NCBI GenBank assembly: GCA_963707915.1
Contig: OY970178.1
Location: 1,216,001-1,280,000, forward strand
Direction: 5' to 3'
From: Candidatus Eiseniibacteriota bacterium
GTDB taxonomy: Bacteria; Eisenbacteria; RBG-16-71-46
Length of the DNA stretch: 64,000 nucleotides
Part shown: in pieces, positions 9,486 to 20,718 of the stretch
Numbering within the stretch: position 1 is the stretch's first letter
Layout of the letters: the number at the start of each line of letters is the position of its first letter
Made by a program: the position numbers and the translations under genes
Notes under the pieces: generated by a model
Databases searched by the model: none
Told to the model about the DNA's origin: nothing
The model's input: only the letters and a program-made list of their open reading frames with translations

Positions 9486-10513
9486 GCGGCCTCCCCGCGC
9501 GCCCGGCCCGCGCGCACGCGCCGCTGCACCGCGGCCAGGGCGCGCCCGGGCGCGGACGCACCGGCCGCGTCGAGCCAGCGCACCGGGTAGCGCTCCACCC
9601 GTGCCCCGAGCGAGCCCTTGAACGCCGACACCGCGTCCAGGCCGCCGCTCGCCCCGAGGTTGACGCGCGCGCGTCCCGCCCCGTGCGCCCACTCGATCAC
9701 CGACCAGAGCAGGCACGGGAATGCGTGCAGGCGGCGGGCGGCGGGATCGGCCCCGCTCCACCAGGGCATCGCCTCGCGCGGATGGTCCAGCACCAGGGTC
9801 GCGCACACCAGCGCTCCGTGGCGCCGCGCGGTGAACAACCTCGCGGCGGGACCGAGGCCGTCCCCACCGTCCGCGAGCAGCCGGCGCGACAGCTCGAGCG
9901 GGAGCGGCCGGTGGGTCCCCCACACCCGCGATTGACCGAGGTGCAGCGCGTAGGCTTCCTCGAGCGCGTCCGGGTCCTGGGAGCACGTGAGCCGCTCGCC
10001 CGCCTGCCGGATCTCCTGTCGCGCCTTGCGGTCCACGCGCGCCCATGCGGCCTCGAGCCCGTCCGCGAAGGTCACGAGCCCGGCCTCGAACCAGCGCGTC
10101 TCCCCCGTGACCGGCTCGACCGCGCCCGGCTCGACGGCCGGCCCCCCGGGCCGGTAGAGCGACCACTCGCCGCCCATCGCCCGCGCGTCGCGCTGGAGCG
10201 ATCCCAGCCCCCGGCCGCACGCCGCGTCCACCGCCGCGTGCGCGCCGGCGTGGGCAAGCGGGGTTCCGGGCAGGAGGAAGGGCAACGCGTGCAGGGCGTG
10301 GAATCCGGCGCGCCGTTCGACCAGCACGGGCATGCCGCCGTCGAGTTCGCCGCCGGTCTCGACCGCGATGCAGCGCACGCTCATGCCCGGGAGCACCGCG
10401 GCCAGGGCCGTCCAGAGCGCGGGGCGGTGCGCGGGCGTGGCGGCGGGAGCGGCGGCGAGCAGGGCGCTCCACCCCGCCGGCGGTCCGTCGAGAAAGCGGA
10501 GGTTGGCCCCCAC
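9482..10513 (-). CDS. FemAB-like GNAT (Acetyltransf_6-type) acyl/aminoacyl transferase
   Basis: RKARQEIRQA, LLWSVIEWAHGAG..VNLGAS..FKGSLGA typical of FemABX-like GNATs in glycan loci. Confidence 0.75.
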   Translation of the reverse strand: MGANLRFLDGPPAGWSALLAAAPAATPAHRPALWTALAAVLPGMSVRCIAVETGGELDGGMPVLVERRAGFHALHALPFLLPGTPLAHAGAHAAVDAACGRGLGSLQRDARAMGGEWSLYRPGGPAVEPGAVEPVTGETRWFEAGLVTFADGLEAAWARVDRKARQEIRQAGERLTCSQDPDALEEAYALHLGQSRVWGTHRPLPLELSRRLLADGGDGLGPAARLFTARRHGALVCATLVLDHPREAMPWWSGADPAARRLHAFPCLLWSVIEWAHGAGRARVNLGASGGLDAVSAFKGSLGARVERYPVRWLDAAGASAPGRALAAVQRRVRAGRARGEAA

Positions 10514-10517
10514 GTTC

Positions 10518-12745
10518 CTAGCGCAGCAGCGCCACGCGCAAGGTCCGCGCGCGGCCGCCCACCTCGACATGGACGAAGTAGACGCCCGGGCGTACGAGGT
10601 TGCCCGACGAGTCACCGCCATCCCAGAACAACCCGCGGTCCCTCACGGTGCCGACGTGCAGCCTCCGGCCACCCGCGTCGTAGACGGCGACCCGGTAGAC
10701 GGCGTCCCGGTAGGCGGGATCGACGCCCTCGAGGCGCAGCGCGAGGCCCGCGCCGGACAGCATCGCCGGGTTGGGGAAGATCCGGACCTGGAGCGGGGGC
10801 AGCTCGGGGGGAGGCGGCGCCACGTACCCCGGGTCGAAGCGGCTGAGCCCCGTCGCCGTGCCGACCCAGACCACGCCGGACGCCGGGTCGACGCGGATCG
10901 CGCGCACCACGTCCCCGGCCAGCGGAGAGTTGCTCACGTTGTACTCGACGACGCTGCCGCCCCGGCCGTAGGCGTGCAGGCCCGCGTCCGTCCCCACCCA
11001 GACCGTGCCGTCGGGACCCACGTCCAGCGGATGACAGGCTCCGAGCGGCGCCGGGCTCCCGACGATCGGCAGCGCCGCGCCGATCTGCCGCAGCGTCAGG
11101 GCGCTGAACGACCGCAGGTCGGCGGTGGACATCACCCAGACCGTGTCCCCGCGCGCCGGCGATCCCGAAGATGTCGAGGTTGGCGATCGCGGCCATGTCA
11201 CCGCCCGCCGGCTGGACGACCAACGCCCCTCCGGGCTCGGCCGGCAGGTCGAAGACCCTCACCCCCGTCGCCCGGTACCCGGCCCACAGGTTCCCGCGGG
11301 CCTGGTCCACGAGCAGGGCCCGCACCAGGCCGGACGTGTTGCTCGTCTGGTAGTTGGCGCGGTACTCGCCGGCCGCGTCGTAGTACTCGATCCCGATCGG
11401 CGGGTCCTCGTTGTCCGAGTCCATGCCGAACCACCGGCCACCGCTCGCGTCGCTGGCCGCCGCACCAGCGCGAGCGTGTGCTGGTGCCGGCTGCTCACCG
11501 AATCGGCCGGGGGCTGGTGATGGCTGAACGTCGGCGGGGACACGTCGTCGTTGAACGACTCGATGGCCGAGCCGTAGTTGCCGACCCACTTCCATCCCTG
11601 CTGGTCCACCAGCAGGGCGAACGCGTACGCCGAGCTGAGGAACGTGGAGTCGCAGCCGCTGCCGCAGTCGGTGACGGGCCAGTTCCTCCAGCGCGCGCCG
11701 TCGAAGCGCCCCACCCCCTCCTGGAAGGTCGTGATGTAGACCCGCGTGCCCTGCAGCGCGATGTTCTGGACGTTGTTACCGACCGGCGCATCGGGCACGT
11801 GGAGCGTCCAGGCCCCACCCGACCACTCGGAGAGTCCCGCGCGATTCGCGGCCCACACGCGCCCGGCCGCGTCCTTGGTCGTGACGACGCCGGCGCTCGA
11901 GCCCGGGATCAGGACCCAGGCGCCGCCCTGCCAGCGGAACACGCCCCAGTCGCTGCTCGCGAGGATCGCGCCGCGGTCGTCGGACAGGGCCGTCACGGGC
12001 CCGATGCCGCCGCGCGAGGTCCAGCTCCCGTCCGTCTCGTCGAAGACCTGCGCCACCCCTCCCGCCGCGGTCATCAACGTGCTGCCGTCCCAGGCCAGCC
12101 CGAGCATCGCCGTGTTCGTGAATGCGGTGTCGGCCAGGTTCCACGCCGAGAGCCCGGTGGACGCCCGGCTCACGTACAGCCCCTTCGCGGTCGCGACCCA
12201 GAGCGAGTCGCCGCGCAACACCACGCCGCTGACCGCGTCGCTCGCGAACGGCGAGGGGTTCACCCCTTCGGGGACGGTGCCGACGATCTCGCTGGCCGTC
12301 CCACAGCGCCACGCCGTGCGCGGTGCCGATCGAAGATCGTGTCGCCGACCGCGCGCAGCACCTGGACCGCGCCGCGAGGCAGGCCGTCGAGCTCGTTGAC
12401 CAGGTCCCAACGCTCGCCGTCCGCGCTCAGCCGGCTCACGCCGTGGTCGCTGGAGCCCACCCAGAGCCGGCCCGACCGGTCGAACTCGAGCGCGGTGATG
12501 GCCTGGCTCGCGAGCCCGCCCGGCTCGCGCGGGACGGCCTCGAACCGGTCCGTCGCACGCAGGTAGCGCAGCAGGCCGCCGTCGAGCGACGCGCACCAGA
12601 GGGTGTCGTTGCGCGCCGCGAGATCGGTGTAGGTACCGGCCCGCAGGTACGTCGTCCACGCGCCCGCGGCGGCGATCGCCGGGAACGGGACGGTCGCCAG
12701 CAGGAGTGCGATGCCGAACCGGACGCTCCTCGATGCGGTGGGCAT
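10518..12745 (-). CDS. PorZ-like beta-propeller protein with signal peptide and C-terminal FlgD-Ig/T9SS-CTD-like domain; about 3 frameshifts (~12320, 11460, 11160)
   Basis: Signal peptide then WTTY, repeated LW/VW-x-GT..GL propeller blades, YNVSNSPLAGDVV, end IFPNP...VYDAGGR...FWDGGDSSGNLVRPGVYFV...VALLR; pieces spread over ORFs 12260-13510, 11259-13325, 10612-11595, 10518-11201. Confidence 0.72.
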
Positions 12746-12750
12746 GAGCC

Positions 12751-13471
12751 TCACTCGACGCTGGCCGAACAGGGACATGAGGCGCAGGCGCCAGACCAGG
12801 CCCACGGCTTCCCAGATGATGCTCCGGTTCATCTTGGACACCCCGGCGCGGCGGTCCGTGAAGACGATCGGGATCTCGCGGATGCGGAACCCCTTCTTCC
12901 AGCACTTGAAGCTCATCTCGATCTGGAAAGCGTAGCCGTCGGAGGCCACCCTGTCGAGCCGGACCGCCTCGAGCGCCCGGCGGCGGAAGCACTTGAACCC
13001 GCCGGTCGCGTCGTGCACCGGCAGGCCGGTGACGATGCGCGTGTAGAGGTTCGCCGAGTACGAGAGGATGAGCCGGCGCAGCGGCCAGTTCACCACCGTG
13101 ACCTTGCCGTCGAGGTAGCGCGAGCCGAGGACCAGGTCCGCGTCCCGGGCGGCCTCGAGGAAGCGCGGGATGACGGCCGGGTCGTGCGAGAAGTCGGCGT
13201 CCATCTCGAAGATGAACTCGGCCCCGTGCTCGAGCGCGTAGCGGAAGCCGTCGCGGTAGGCCGAGCCGAGCCCGAGCTTGCCCGGGCGCTCGAGCAGGTG
13301 GATGCGCGGCTCGCGCTCCATCCACGCCCGGACCACCTCGGCCGTGCCGTCGGGCGAGCCGTCGTCCACCACCAGCACGTCCAGCCCGCAGGGCAGGTCG
13401 AGCAGGCGCCCGATCATCTCGCCGATGTTCTCGCGCTCGTTGTAGGTCGGGATGATGACCAGCTTCTCCAC
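12751..13471 (-). CDS. Polyprenol-phosphate mannose synthase (DPM1/Ppm1-like GT2)
   Basis: IIPTYNERENI, VVDDGSPDGT, GKLGLGSAY, EMDADFSHDP, GYAFQIEM, FTDRRAGVSKM; the natural TGA at 12751 appears shifted out of frame by one base. Confidence 0.9.
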
Positions 13472-13472
13472 C

Positions 13473-15973
13473 TTACGCGACCTCCTCGCCGGCCACGGGT
13501 CGCGTCTCACGGCCGGCGGCCCCCGGTCCGCGACTCTTCCACCACGACCACGCGAGCCCGCCCAGCACCACGCACCAGGCTCAGGATCGACAGCATGAGC
13601 CCGCGCATCACCGGCGGGCGACTCGTAGCGGAACTCGACGCGGTGCCGTCCCGGCCGGGACGGCCACCGCGCGCAGCAGGTAGTCGGCCTTGAGGATCGG
13701 CGTGCGCTTGCCGTCCACCCGCGCGGTCCAGTCCGGGTACCAGAGATCGGCGAGCCGCAGCAGCACCGGACCGGGGGTCTCCACCTCCACCGTCACGTCG
13801 TTCAACCGGTACGAGGTGATCCGCGCCTGTCCGCCCGCGACCGGCCGCAGCGCGACCCCGGGGTCCTGCTCCAGGTAGGAGAAGTGCGCCATGTCGCGCG
13901 TGCCGAAGCGGAGCGAGTCGAGGATGGCCTTCGCCGGCTGGATCACCCGGTACTGGTCCACCAGCGTCGCGCGGGGCAGGGCCGAGGTGTTGTCGTAGAC
14001 GAACATGCCGTCGCCCTGGTAGACGAGGTCGGACGAACGCCGGGCGCGCTCGGGATCTCCTGTTCCGATCACCAGGTAGCGCACGTTGAGCAGCCGCATG
14101 AAGTCCAGGTTCATCTGGGCCTTCATGTCGGCGAAATCCTGGAAGAGCCGCGGCTTGGCCGCGTGCATGCCGCCGATCGATGCGATGCCGTAGCCGGCAT
14201 AGCGGGTCGCCATCGGATCCTCCGGCGTGACGATGCGGAAGGTGCCCGGCGGCCCGACCTTCTCGAGGAAGTCGATCACCCCGTCGCGCCCGCCGAACGA
14301 GGTGCGGTGGCTCACGTCGCCGATCGTCGGCTCCATGACGCGCGTGCTCACCGGCCACAACTCGAGGAGCAGCAGCACCAGCACGCCGGCGGTGGCGACC
14401 AGCGCCGGCAGCCGGCCCAGCCGCGCGAACCACGCGAGGCCGAGGGCGAGCAACCCCAGCAGGCAGGCGTGCCCCAGGCCCGAGACGAAGCCCTGCCAGG
14501 CGAGTCCGGCGTCCTGGGCCGAGAAGCCCGAGGGACCCTGGGAGCCGCCCATCACCATGCCGCCCTTGTGGGCCAGTCGCCATCTTGACGTAGGCCTCGC
14601 GCCACAGGCCCTGCCCCATCACGCCCACCACCAGCGCGAGCGCCAGCACGCCGGCGAGGACGACCAGCAGTCTCCCGACGCGGCGCGCGCGCACGCGCGG
14701 TTCGGCCGCCTGGGGGTCGCCCCCCGGCAGGATCGCGCTCCAGCCCCAGGCCGTGCCGAGCGTGACCGCCAGCTGGAAGAGGATGATGACCATCACCGGC
14801 ACGCGGAACTTGTTGAACAGCGGCAGGTGGTCGTAGAGGAAGCCGTAGGCTGGGAAGTAGCGCCCGAAGGCGACGACGAGCGAGAGCCCGGCCAGCACCA
14901 GCGCGAAGGCGCGGGGCGCTCCGCCGGCCAGGAACGCCGGGATGGCGAGCAGCACCGCCACGACGCCCAGGTAGGCGTTCGGGTAGTCGGTGAAGGGCAT
15001 CCCGCCCCAGTAGGTCGCGCCGCCGAAGCCCACCCACCCCGGCACCAGCACCGAGGGCAGCTCGTAGGGCGCCATGGACCAGGCCGTCGCGTAGTCCATG
15101 CCGACGCCACCGCCCGTTCCGCCCCCGCGGATCGAGTAGCGCGCGTAGTCCTGCAACGGCAGGTTGTAGAAGCCCGCGATACCGAAGGCGAGCCCCGCTG
15201 CGAGGGCGACGCTGGCGGCGCGCAGCGTGATCGGGAGCCAGCTCGCCACGGCGCTTCAGCAGCATCGCCACCCATTCGACCACCAGGTAGAGCGCGATGG
15301 CGATCCAGGTGTAGAAGCAGATCTGCACGTGGGCGCGCAGCAACTGGAAGCCGCCGGCCAGCGCCAGCCAGGCCAGGTGGTGCAACCCGCCGCGTCTCAT
15401 CCAGCGCGCGGCCAGCCACAGCATCAGCGGCAGGTAGGCCGAGTCCACCAGCTGGCTGCCGTGGCCGTGCGATCCCACGGCCACCAGGTTGGGGGCGAAG
15501 ACGAAGGCCACCGCCGCCAGCAACGCGCCCTCGGCGCGGGCCCCCAGCTCGCGGGCCAGGTAGAACATGAACAGGCCGCCGAGGAAGTAGTAGAGGAGCA
15601 TCCAGGTCATGTCCGGCAGCGGCACCACCTTGTTGACGATCGTCAGCGGCCAGTCGGGCGGGTAGATCAGCGGGTTGTAGGCGCCGCTGGCGAACGAGGG
15701 CATCCCCAGGAACACGTACGGGTTCCACAACGGGTAGACGTGGTCCTGGTAGAGCGACTGCTCGCCGATGCGCACGAAGCCGACCGGGTTCATGGCGTCG
15801 GGCGAGACGAACGTCTTCCCGTCGAGCACCAACTGGTGGAAGAACAGGATCGTCAGCAGGCCGAGCACGAGTGCCGCCCACCGGGCGGTCAGGGTGAACG
15901 GGCGCCCGGCCTTCGGGGGCGCGGGGCGCGCAGGCTTCAGGACATCACGGCGGGCGGACTTGCGGTCGGACAT
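13473..15973 (-). CDS. YfhO-family GT-C membrane glycosyltransferase; several frameshifts (~15240, 14575, 13650, 13540)
   Basis: PLWNPYVFLGMPSF, LPLFNKFRVP, LLNVRY, ALPRA, LADLWYPDWTARVDG..ILKADYLLRAVAVPAG. Confidence 0.8.
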
Positions 15974-16007
15974 GCGTTCCCCGTGGATGGTGGTGGACGG
16001 ATACGCT

Positions 16008-17159
16008 TCAGGGCAGCGGGGCCCGGCCCCCGGCCGGGCGTTCCACTCGCCTTTCGATCTCCTCGACCATGCGCGCGGCCAGGCGGTCCCAGTCGAACGG
16101 GAGGGCGAGCCGGCGGCTCGCCTCGGGGTCCGGTCGCGCGTCCAGCGCGCTCGCGACCGCCGCCTCCCACTCCGGGACCGTGGCGGCGAACTGCAGCAGC
16201 GGCGGCGCGGGCTCGAGGTCGAGCACCGGCGTGGTGACGACCGGCAGGCCCGCCGCCAGGTACTGGTAGACCTTGTTGGGGTTGATGCCGTGCACGTGCG
16301 GCAGCGCGGCCCGGAAGGGGATCACGCCCAGGTCGAGGCCCTGCAGCCACGCCGGGACGTCCTCGTAGGGCCGGGGGCCCAGCACGGCCACGCCCTCGCG
16401 CGCGGCGAGGGCGCGCACCTGCGGCGCCGGTCGCCGGATCGCCGGGGCCGACCAGCACCAGCGTGCCCCCGCGGCGCGCGCGGCGCAGCGCCTCGAGCAG
16501 CTCGAAGTCGAGGAAGTGCGAGAGCAGCCCCAGGTAGCCGATGCGCGGGCGTGGCAGCGCGGCCAGCTCGGGCGGCACCTCGCGGGGGGCGGCGAAGCGG
16601 GCGTGCTCGACGCCGTTCCCCAGCAGGACCAGGGGGCGGTCGGTCTGGCGGCTCAGCTCGCGCCGGTAGTACTCGGAGACCACGAAGAGGGCGTCCACTT
16701 GGGCCAGGGTGCGCTGCCAGTAGCCGCGGGCCCAGGCCGGGGCCGCGGCGAACTGAAACGGTGAATCGTTGAAGTCGTAGAATAGCAAGTTCCGCGGGAG
16801 CCGTGAAAGGACGCGGGCGCAGTAGATGTTCGAGGTCATCACCACCGGCCGGGGCTCGACCCCGAGCCGCCGCAGCATGCGGCCCAGGTAGCGACCGGCC
16901 GCGAGCTCGATCAAGCGCCCGCCCCGGGCGCCAGGGACGCCACCCCGTTGTAGAGCGGGCTCGTGGTGCCGGGCTTGAGGAACGGGACGGTGAAGTAGGT
17001 GACGTTGCCCTCCCGCCGCGGCTCCCAGGGGTCGTCGCCGCGCGCCGCCGGCGGCTGCGCGAAGAACACCCGCCAGCGTTCCGGGAAGCGCGACAGCAGG
17101 AACTGCTTCCGGGTGCGGAAGTAGCCCCAGCGCACCTCGGAGAGGACGAGCAGGTCCAT
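16008..17159 (-). CDS. GT-B glycosyltransferase (TuaH-like); frameshifts ~16920 and ~16425
   Basis: WGYFRTRKQFLLSRF, YDFND, LGNGVEHARF, PRPRIGYLG, GINPNKVYQYLAAGLPVV. Confidence 0.8.
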
Positions 17160-19235
17160 CAGGCCGCCCCGGCCCGCGCGCGCGGCCGCCCGCAGCTCGC
17201 GCGCCCGCTCGCTCCACGTAGGAGCGGTGCGCGCCGGCGTTCGCCTCGGTCTCGTCCGGCCGGCCCACCCGCGGATCGCCGGCCACCCAGCGCCGCGCCC
17301 AGGCCTCGAGCGAGAGCCAGCGCCAGACCTGCAGCCCGGTGGCCCGGCGTCCCGCGAGGAAGTCCCCGAGCTCGACGGCGAGCACGTCGCGGTCGAGCCA
17401 CTCGTGCAGCGGCCCCGGGCCCGAGCAGGCGGCGGCGCGCCTCGCCGGCGTAGCGCCCGCGCAGCCACAGGTCGGCGGGGGTCTCGAAGCCCTTCTTGTC
17501 GCGCCGCGCCAGCACCGCGGGCGGGATGCGATCGGCCAGCGCGCGCCTCAGGACCGCCTTCGTCGTGTCGCCGTCGAGCCGCATCGCGTCGGGCAGCGAG
17601 AAGGCGTACTCGACCAGCCGGTAGTCGAGGAAGGGCAGCCGCGTCTCGATCGAGAAGGCCATCGAATCGCGGTCCTCGTAGCGCAGCAGCGAGGGCAGCA
17701 GCCGCTGCAGCGTGTCGAAGGCCAGCTGGCGCGAGAGCGCGCTCGGGAAACCGCGCGGCGGCCGCGGGAGATCCGGCCGGGGCAGGCCGCGCAGCGCGCC
17801 GGTGAGCACGCGGTCCTTGCCCTGGCCGAAGCGGCGCCGCAGCGGAGCGACCAGCCCCGCGGGCAGCCAGGGCTCGAACGTCAGCGCGAGCGCCGTGCCC
17901 GGGCCGAGACGGCGCGCCACCTTCGGCAGCAGGCGCAGGAAGCCCGCCAGGTCGCCCCGCGCGACCAGGTCGCGCAGCCGCACCGGCAGGTAGCGGAAGT
18001 AGCCCGCCAGCGTCTCGTCGCCGCCCTGGCCGTCGAGCAGCACCTTGAGCCCCTGCGCGTGCGCCAGCTCCATCACCTTCCACTGCGAGAAGAGCCCCGG
18101 CCCGGCCGTGGGCTCGCCCTGGCGCGTCGCGAGGCGGTCGAACGTCGCCCAGAAGTCCTTGCCGTCCGGGACCACCACGTGCGAGCGCGCGCCGCTCGCC
18201 TCGACGGTCGCGCGCATCCAGGGGCGCTCGTCGAACTCGGGGCCGTCGTCGTAGGCGCAGGTGAAGGCGTGCATCGGGTGCGGCAGCAGGCGCGACGCGG
18301 TGGTCACGACCGCGCTCGAGTCGAGCCCGCCCGAGAGGCACGAGCCCACCTCGACGTCGGCGCGCAGGCGCAGGCGCACGGCGTCGGTGAACAGGCGTGC
18401 GAACTCGCGTGTCTGCTGCTCCGCGTCCCCGCGCGCGCGCGTCCCGGCTTCAGCGACCACCAGCGGTCGACCGCGAGGCCGCGCTCGCCCACCACGAGGA
18501 AGTGCGCCGCCGGGCAGGCTCCTGAGCCCCTCGAAGAACGTGCGCGGCGTCGTGGTCCACCCAGTCGAGCGCCAGCAGGTCGCGGACCGCCTCGAGCCGC
18601 GGCACGACGCGGCCCGGCTGCGTGAGGACCAGCGCATCGGGCTCCGAGGCGAAGGCGAAGCGCCGCCCGTCCCACTGGTAGTAGAGCGGCTTCACGCCGA
18701 AGCGGTCGCGGGCGCAGAACAGCTCGCGCCGCTCGCCGTCCCAGAGCGCGAAGGCGAACATGCCGTTGAAACGCCCCAGGCAGTCGCGGCCCCAGCGCCG
18801 GTAGGCGGCGAGGATCACCTCGGTGTCGCCGGTGCCGCGGAAGGTCTCGCCCAGGCCCTCGAGCTCCTGGCGCAGCTCGACGAAGTTGTAGACCTCGCCG
18901 TTGAAGACGATCCAGTGCCGGCCGGCGGGGTCGCTCATGGGCTGGTGCCCGGAGGGGCCGAGGTCCACGATCGAGAGCCGCCGGTGGAGCAGCCCGACGG
19001 CGAACCGGGCGGCATCCCCGGTGCTCCGCCGCGCGCCGGGCGCGAAGGGCAGCCCGCTGGCGAACACCTCGCGCGGCGTGTCGGCGCCGCCGAGGCAGGC
19101 GAAGCCCCCCGCCGGGTCGAGCAGCACCGCACCCTCGTCGTCCGGCCCGCGGTGGCGCATCAGGCCCGACATCCGGTGCAGCCGCCCGAGATCGGCGCGG
19201 CCGTCCGGGTCCCAGAGTCCAGCGATGCCGCACAT
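17159..19235 (-). CDS. asnB: Glutamine-hydrolysing asparagine-synthase-type amidotransferase (glycan amidation); several frameshifts
   Basis: MCGIAG N-terminal Cys, HRGPDD, RLSIVDL, FNGEVYN, RDRFGVKPLYY, LSGGLDSS, GQGGDE, ETRLPFLD, KKGF. Confidence 0.9.
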
Positions 19236-19254
19236 GCTCCCGTGTCCTTTCGGC

Positions 19255-20718
19255 TCAGGTCCCGGCCGGGCGCTCGCCGGCGGGGCGCGCGGCGGCCACG
19301 GCGCCGCGGTCCCGCAGGAGACCGAGCCACCACACCGAGCCCGAGAACGCCAGCGCGATCAGCACCTTCACCACGATCCCCGCGAAGCCCGGCGGCGCCA
19401 GCCGCTGTCCCGCCACCGTGAGCCCCAGCGCCAGCGCGAACACCCCGACCAGGCTGGCGCCGCGGAACGGCACGGGGTGCACGCGCTGCGCCACGACGTA
19501 CGTCAGCACCGCCGACGTGGCGTAGCCGAGCAGGGTGGCGATGCCCGCCCCCAGCGGCCCCATGCGCGGGGTCAGCAGCAGGTTCGCCACCGCGGCGACG
19601 ACCGCCGCGCCGCCCGCCGCCCAGCCCAGCAGCGGGGTCTTCAACGCGAGCCCGATGCCCACGGAAGCCACATAGTAGGCACCCTGCGCGACCGCGGCAA
19701 AGGCCAGGAACGCGGCGGGCCCGGCCGCGCCGGCGTAGGCCGGGGGCACGAGGACCGCCAGCGCCTCGGGCGCGAACAGGCCGGCCAGCATCGCGACCAG
19801 GCTCGCCGCCGCGACGTAGGCGGCCAGGACGCGCGCGTAGAGGCGGCCGGCATCGGGCGAACTCGCACGCGCGAAGGCGAAGGGCCCGTACGCCAGCTGG
19901 AAGGCGGACACGGCCATGGTGACCAGCGCGAAGAACTTGATGGCCACGCCGTAGACCGCCACGTCCTCGAGGCTCCGCGTGCGCTGCAGGGCGTAGCGGT
20001 CCAGGGAGGTCATCAGCCCGTAGGCGATGGCCACCGGCACCAGCGGCGCGCCGTAGCCGAGCATGCGCCGCAGCGTCGCGGCGCTGAACCGCGGCGCGAT
20101 GGTGTGCCGGATCAGCACCAGCGCGAACAGCGCGCAGGCCGCGTCGCCCGCGAGCCGCCCGTAGAGGACGCCCGCGACCCCCATGTGCCGGGCCAGCACG
20201 AGCCACAGCGTCAGCCCGGTGGTGAGCAGGGTCTGCGCCAGGTTCAGGGCGATGAACTTCCACGGCTGGAAGGTGACCCGCAGCAGGTCGTTGGCGAACA
20301 GCACCACCAGGGTGAACGGCAGCGTGGCTGCTCCCAGCAGCAGGTACTTGCGGTAGACGTCGGAGCTCACCAGCGCGCGCGAGAGCGGCGTGGCGAAGAG
20401 CGCGAGCAGCAGCGCCACGAGCGAGCCGGTCACCAGCCGGAAGGCCAGCGAGGTCGACGCCATCCGGATGCGCGCCGCGCGATCCGGTTCCTGGTAGAAG
20501 AAGCGCCCGAGCGCGCCGTCCATGCCGAAGACCAGCACCAGCACCGCGGTCTGCAGGTAGGCGAAGACCAGGTCCGAGACGCCATACTCGCCGCGCGCCA
20601 GCACCCGCGTGAGCACCGGCACGAGCAGCAACTGCACCGCGCGACCGCTCACCTGGCCGATCCCGTAGATGAACGACTCGGCCGAAAGCTGCTTCAGCGA
20701 ATCGCGCACCGAGGTCAT
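19255..20718 (-). CDS. Wzx-type oligosaccharide flippase
   Basis: LKQLSAESFIYGIG, LLVPVLTRVL..GEYG, DRY, 12-14 TM helices. Confidence 0.87.
   Translation of the reverse strand: MTSVRDSLKQLSAESFIYGIGQVSGRAVQLLLVPVLTRVLARGEYGVSDLVFAYLQTAVLVLVFGMDGALGRFFYQEPDRAARIRMASTSLAFRLVTGSLVALLLALFATPLSRALVSSDVYRKYLLLGAATLPFTLVVLFANDLLRVTFQPWKFIALNLAQTLLTTGLTLWLVLARHMGVAGVLYGRLAGDAACALFALVLIRHTIAPRFSAATLRRMLGYGAPLVPVAIAYGLMTSLDRYALQRTRSLEDVAVYGVAIKFFALVTMAVSAFQLAYGPFAFARASSPDAGRLYARVLAAYVAAASLVAMLAGLFAPEALAVLVPPAYAGAAGPAAFLAFAAVAQGAYYVASVGIGLALKTPLLGWAAGGAAVVAAVANLLLTPRMGPLGAGIATLLGYATSAVLTYVVAQRVHPVPFRGASLVGVFALALGLTVAGQRLAPPGFAGIVVKVLIALAFSGSVWWLGLLRDRGAVAAARPAGERPAGT

Noticed and set aside
12260..13510. 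Apparent fusion of DPM synthase to a beta-propeller
   Set aside because: A TGA lies one base out of frame at 12751, the downstream part has its own ATG and signal peptide, and the region is indel-rich.
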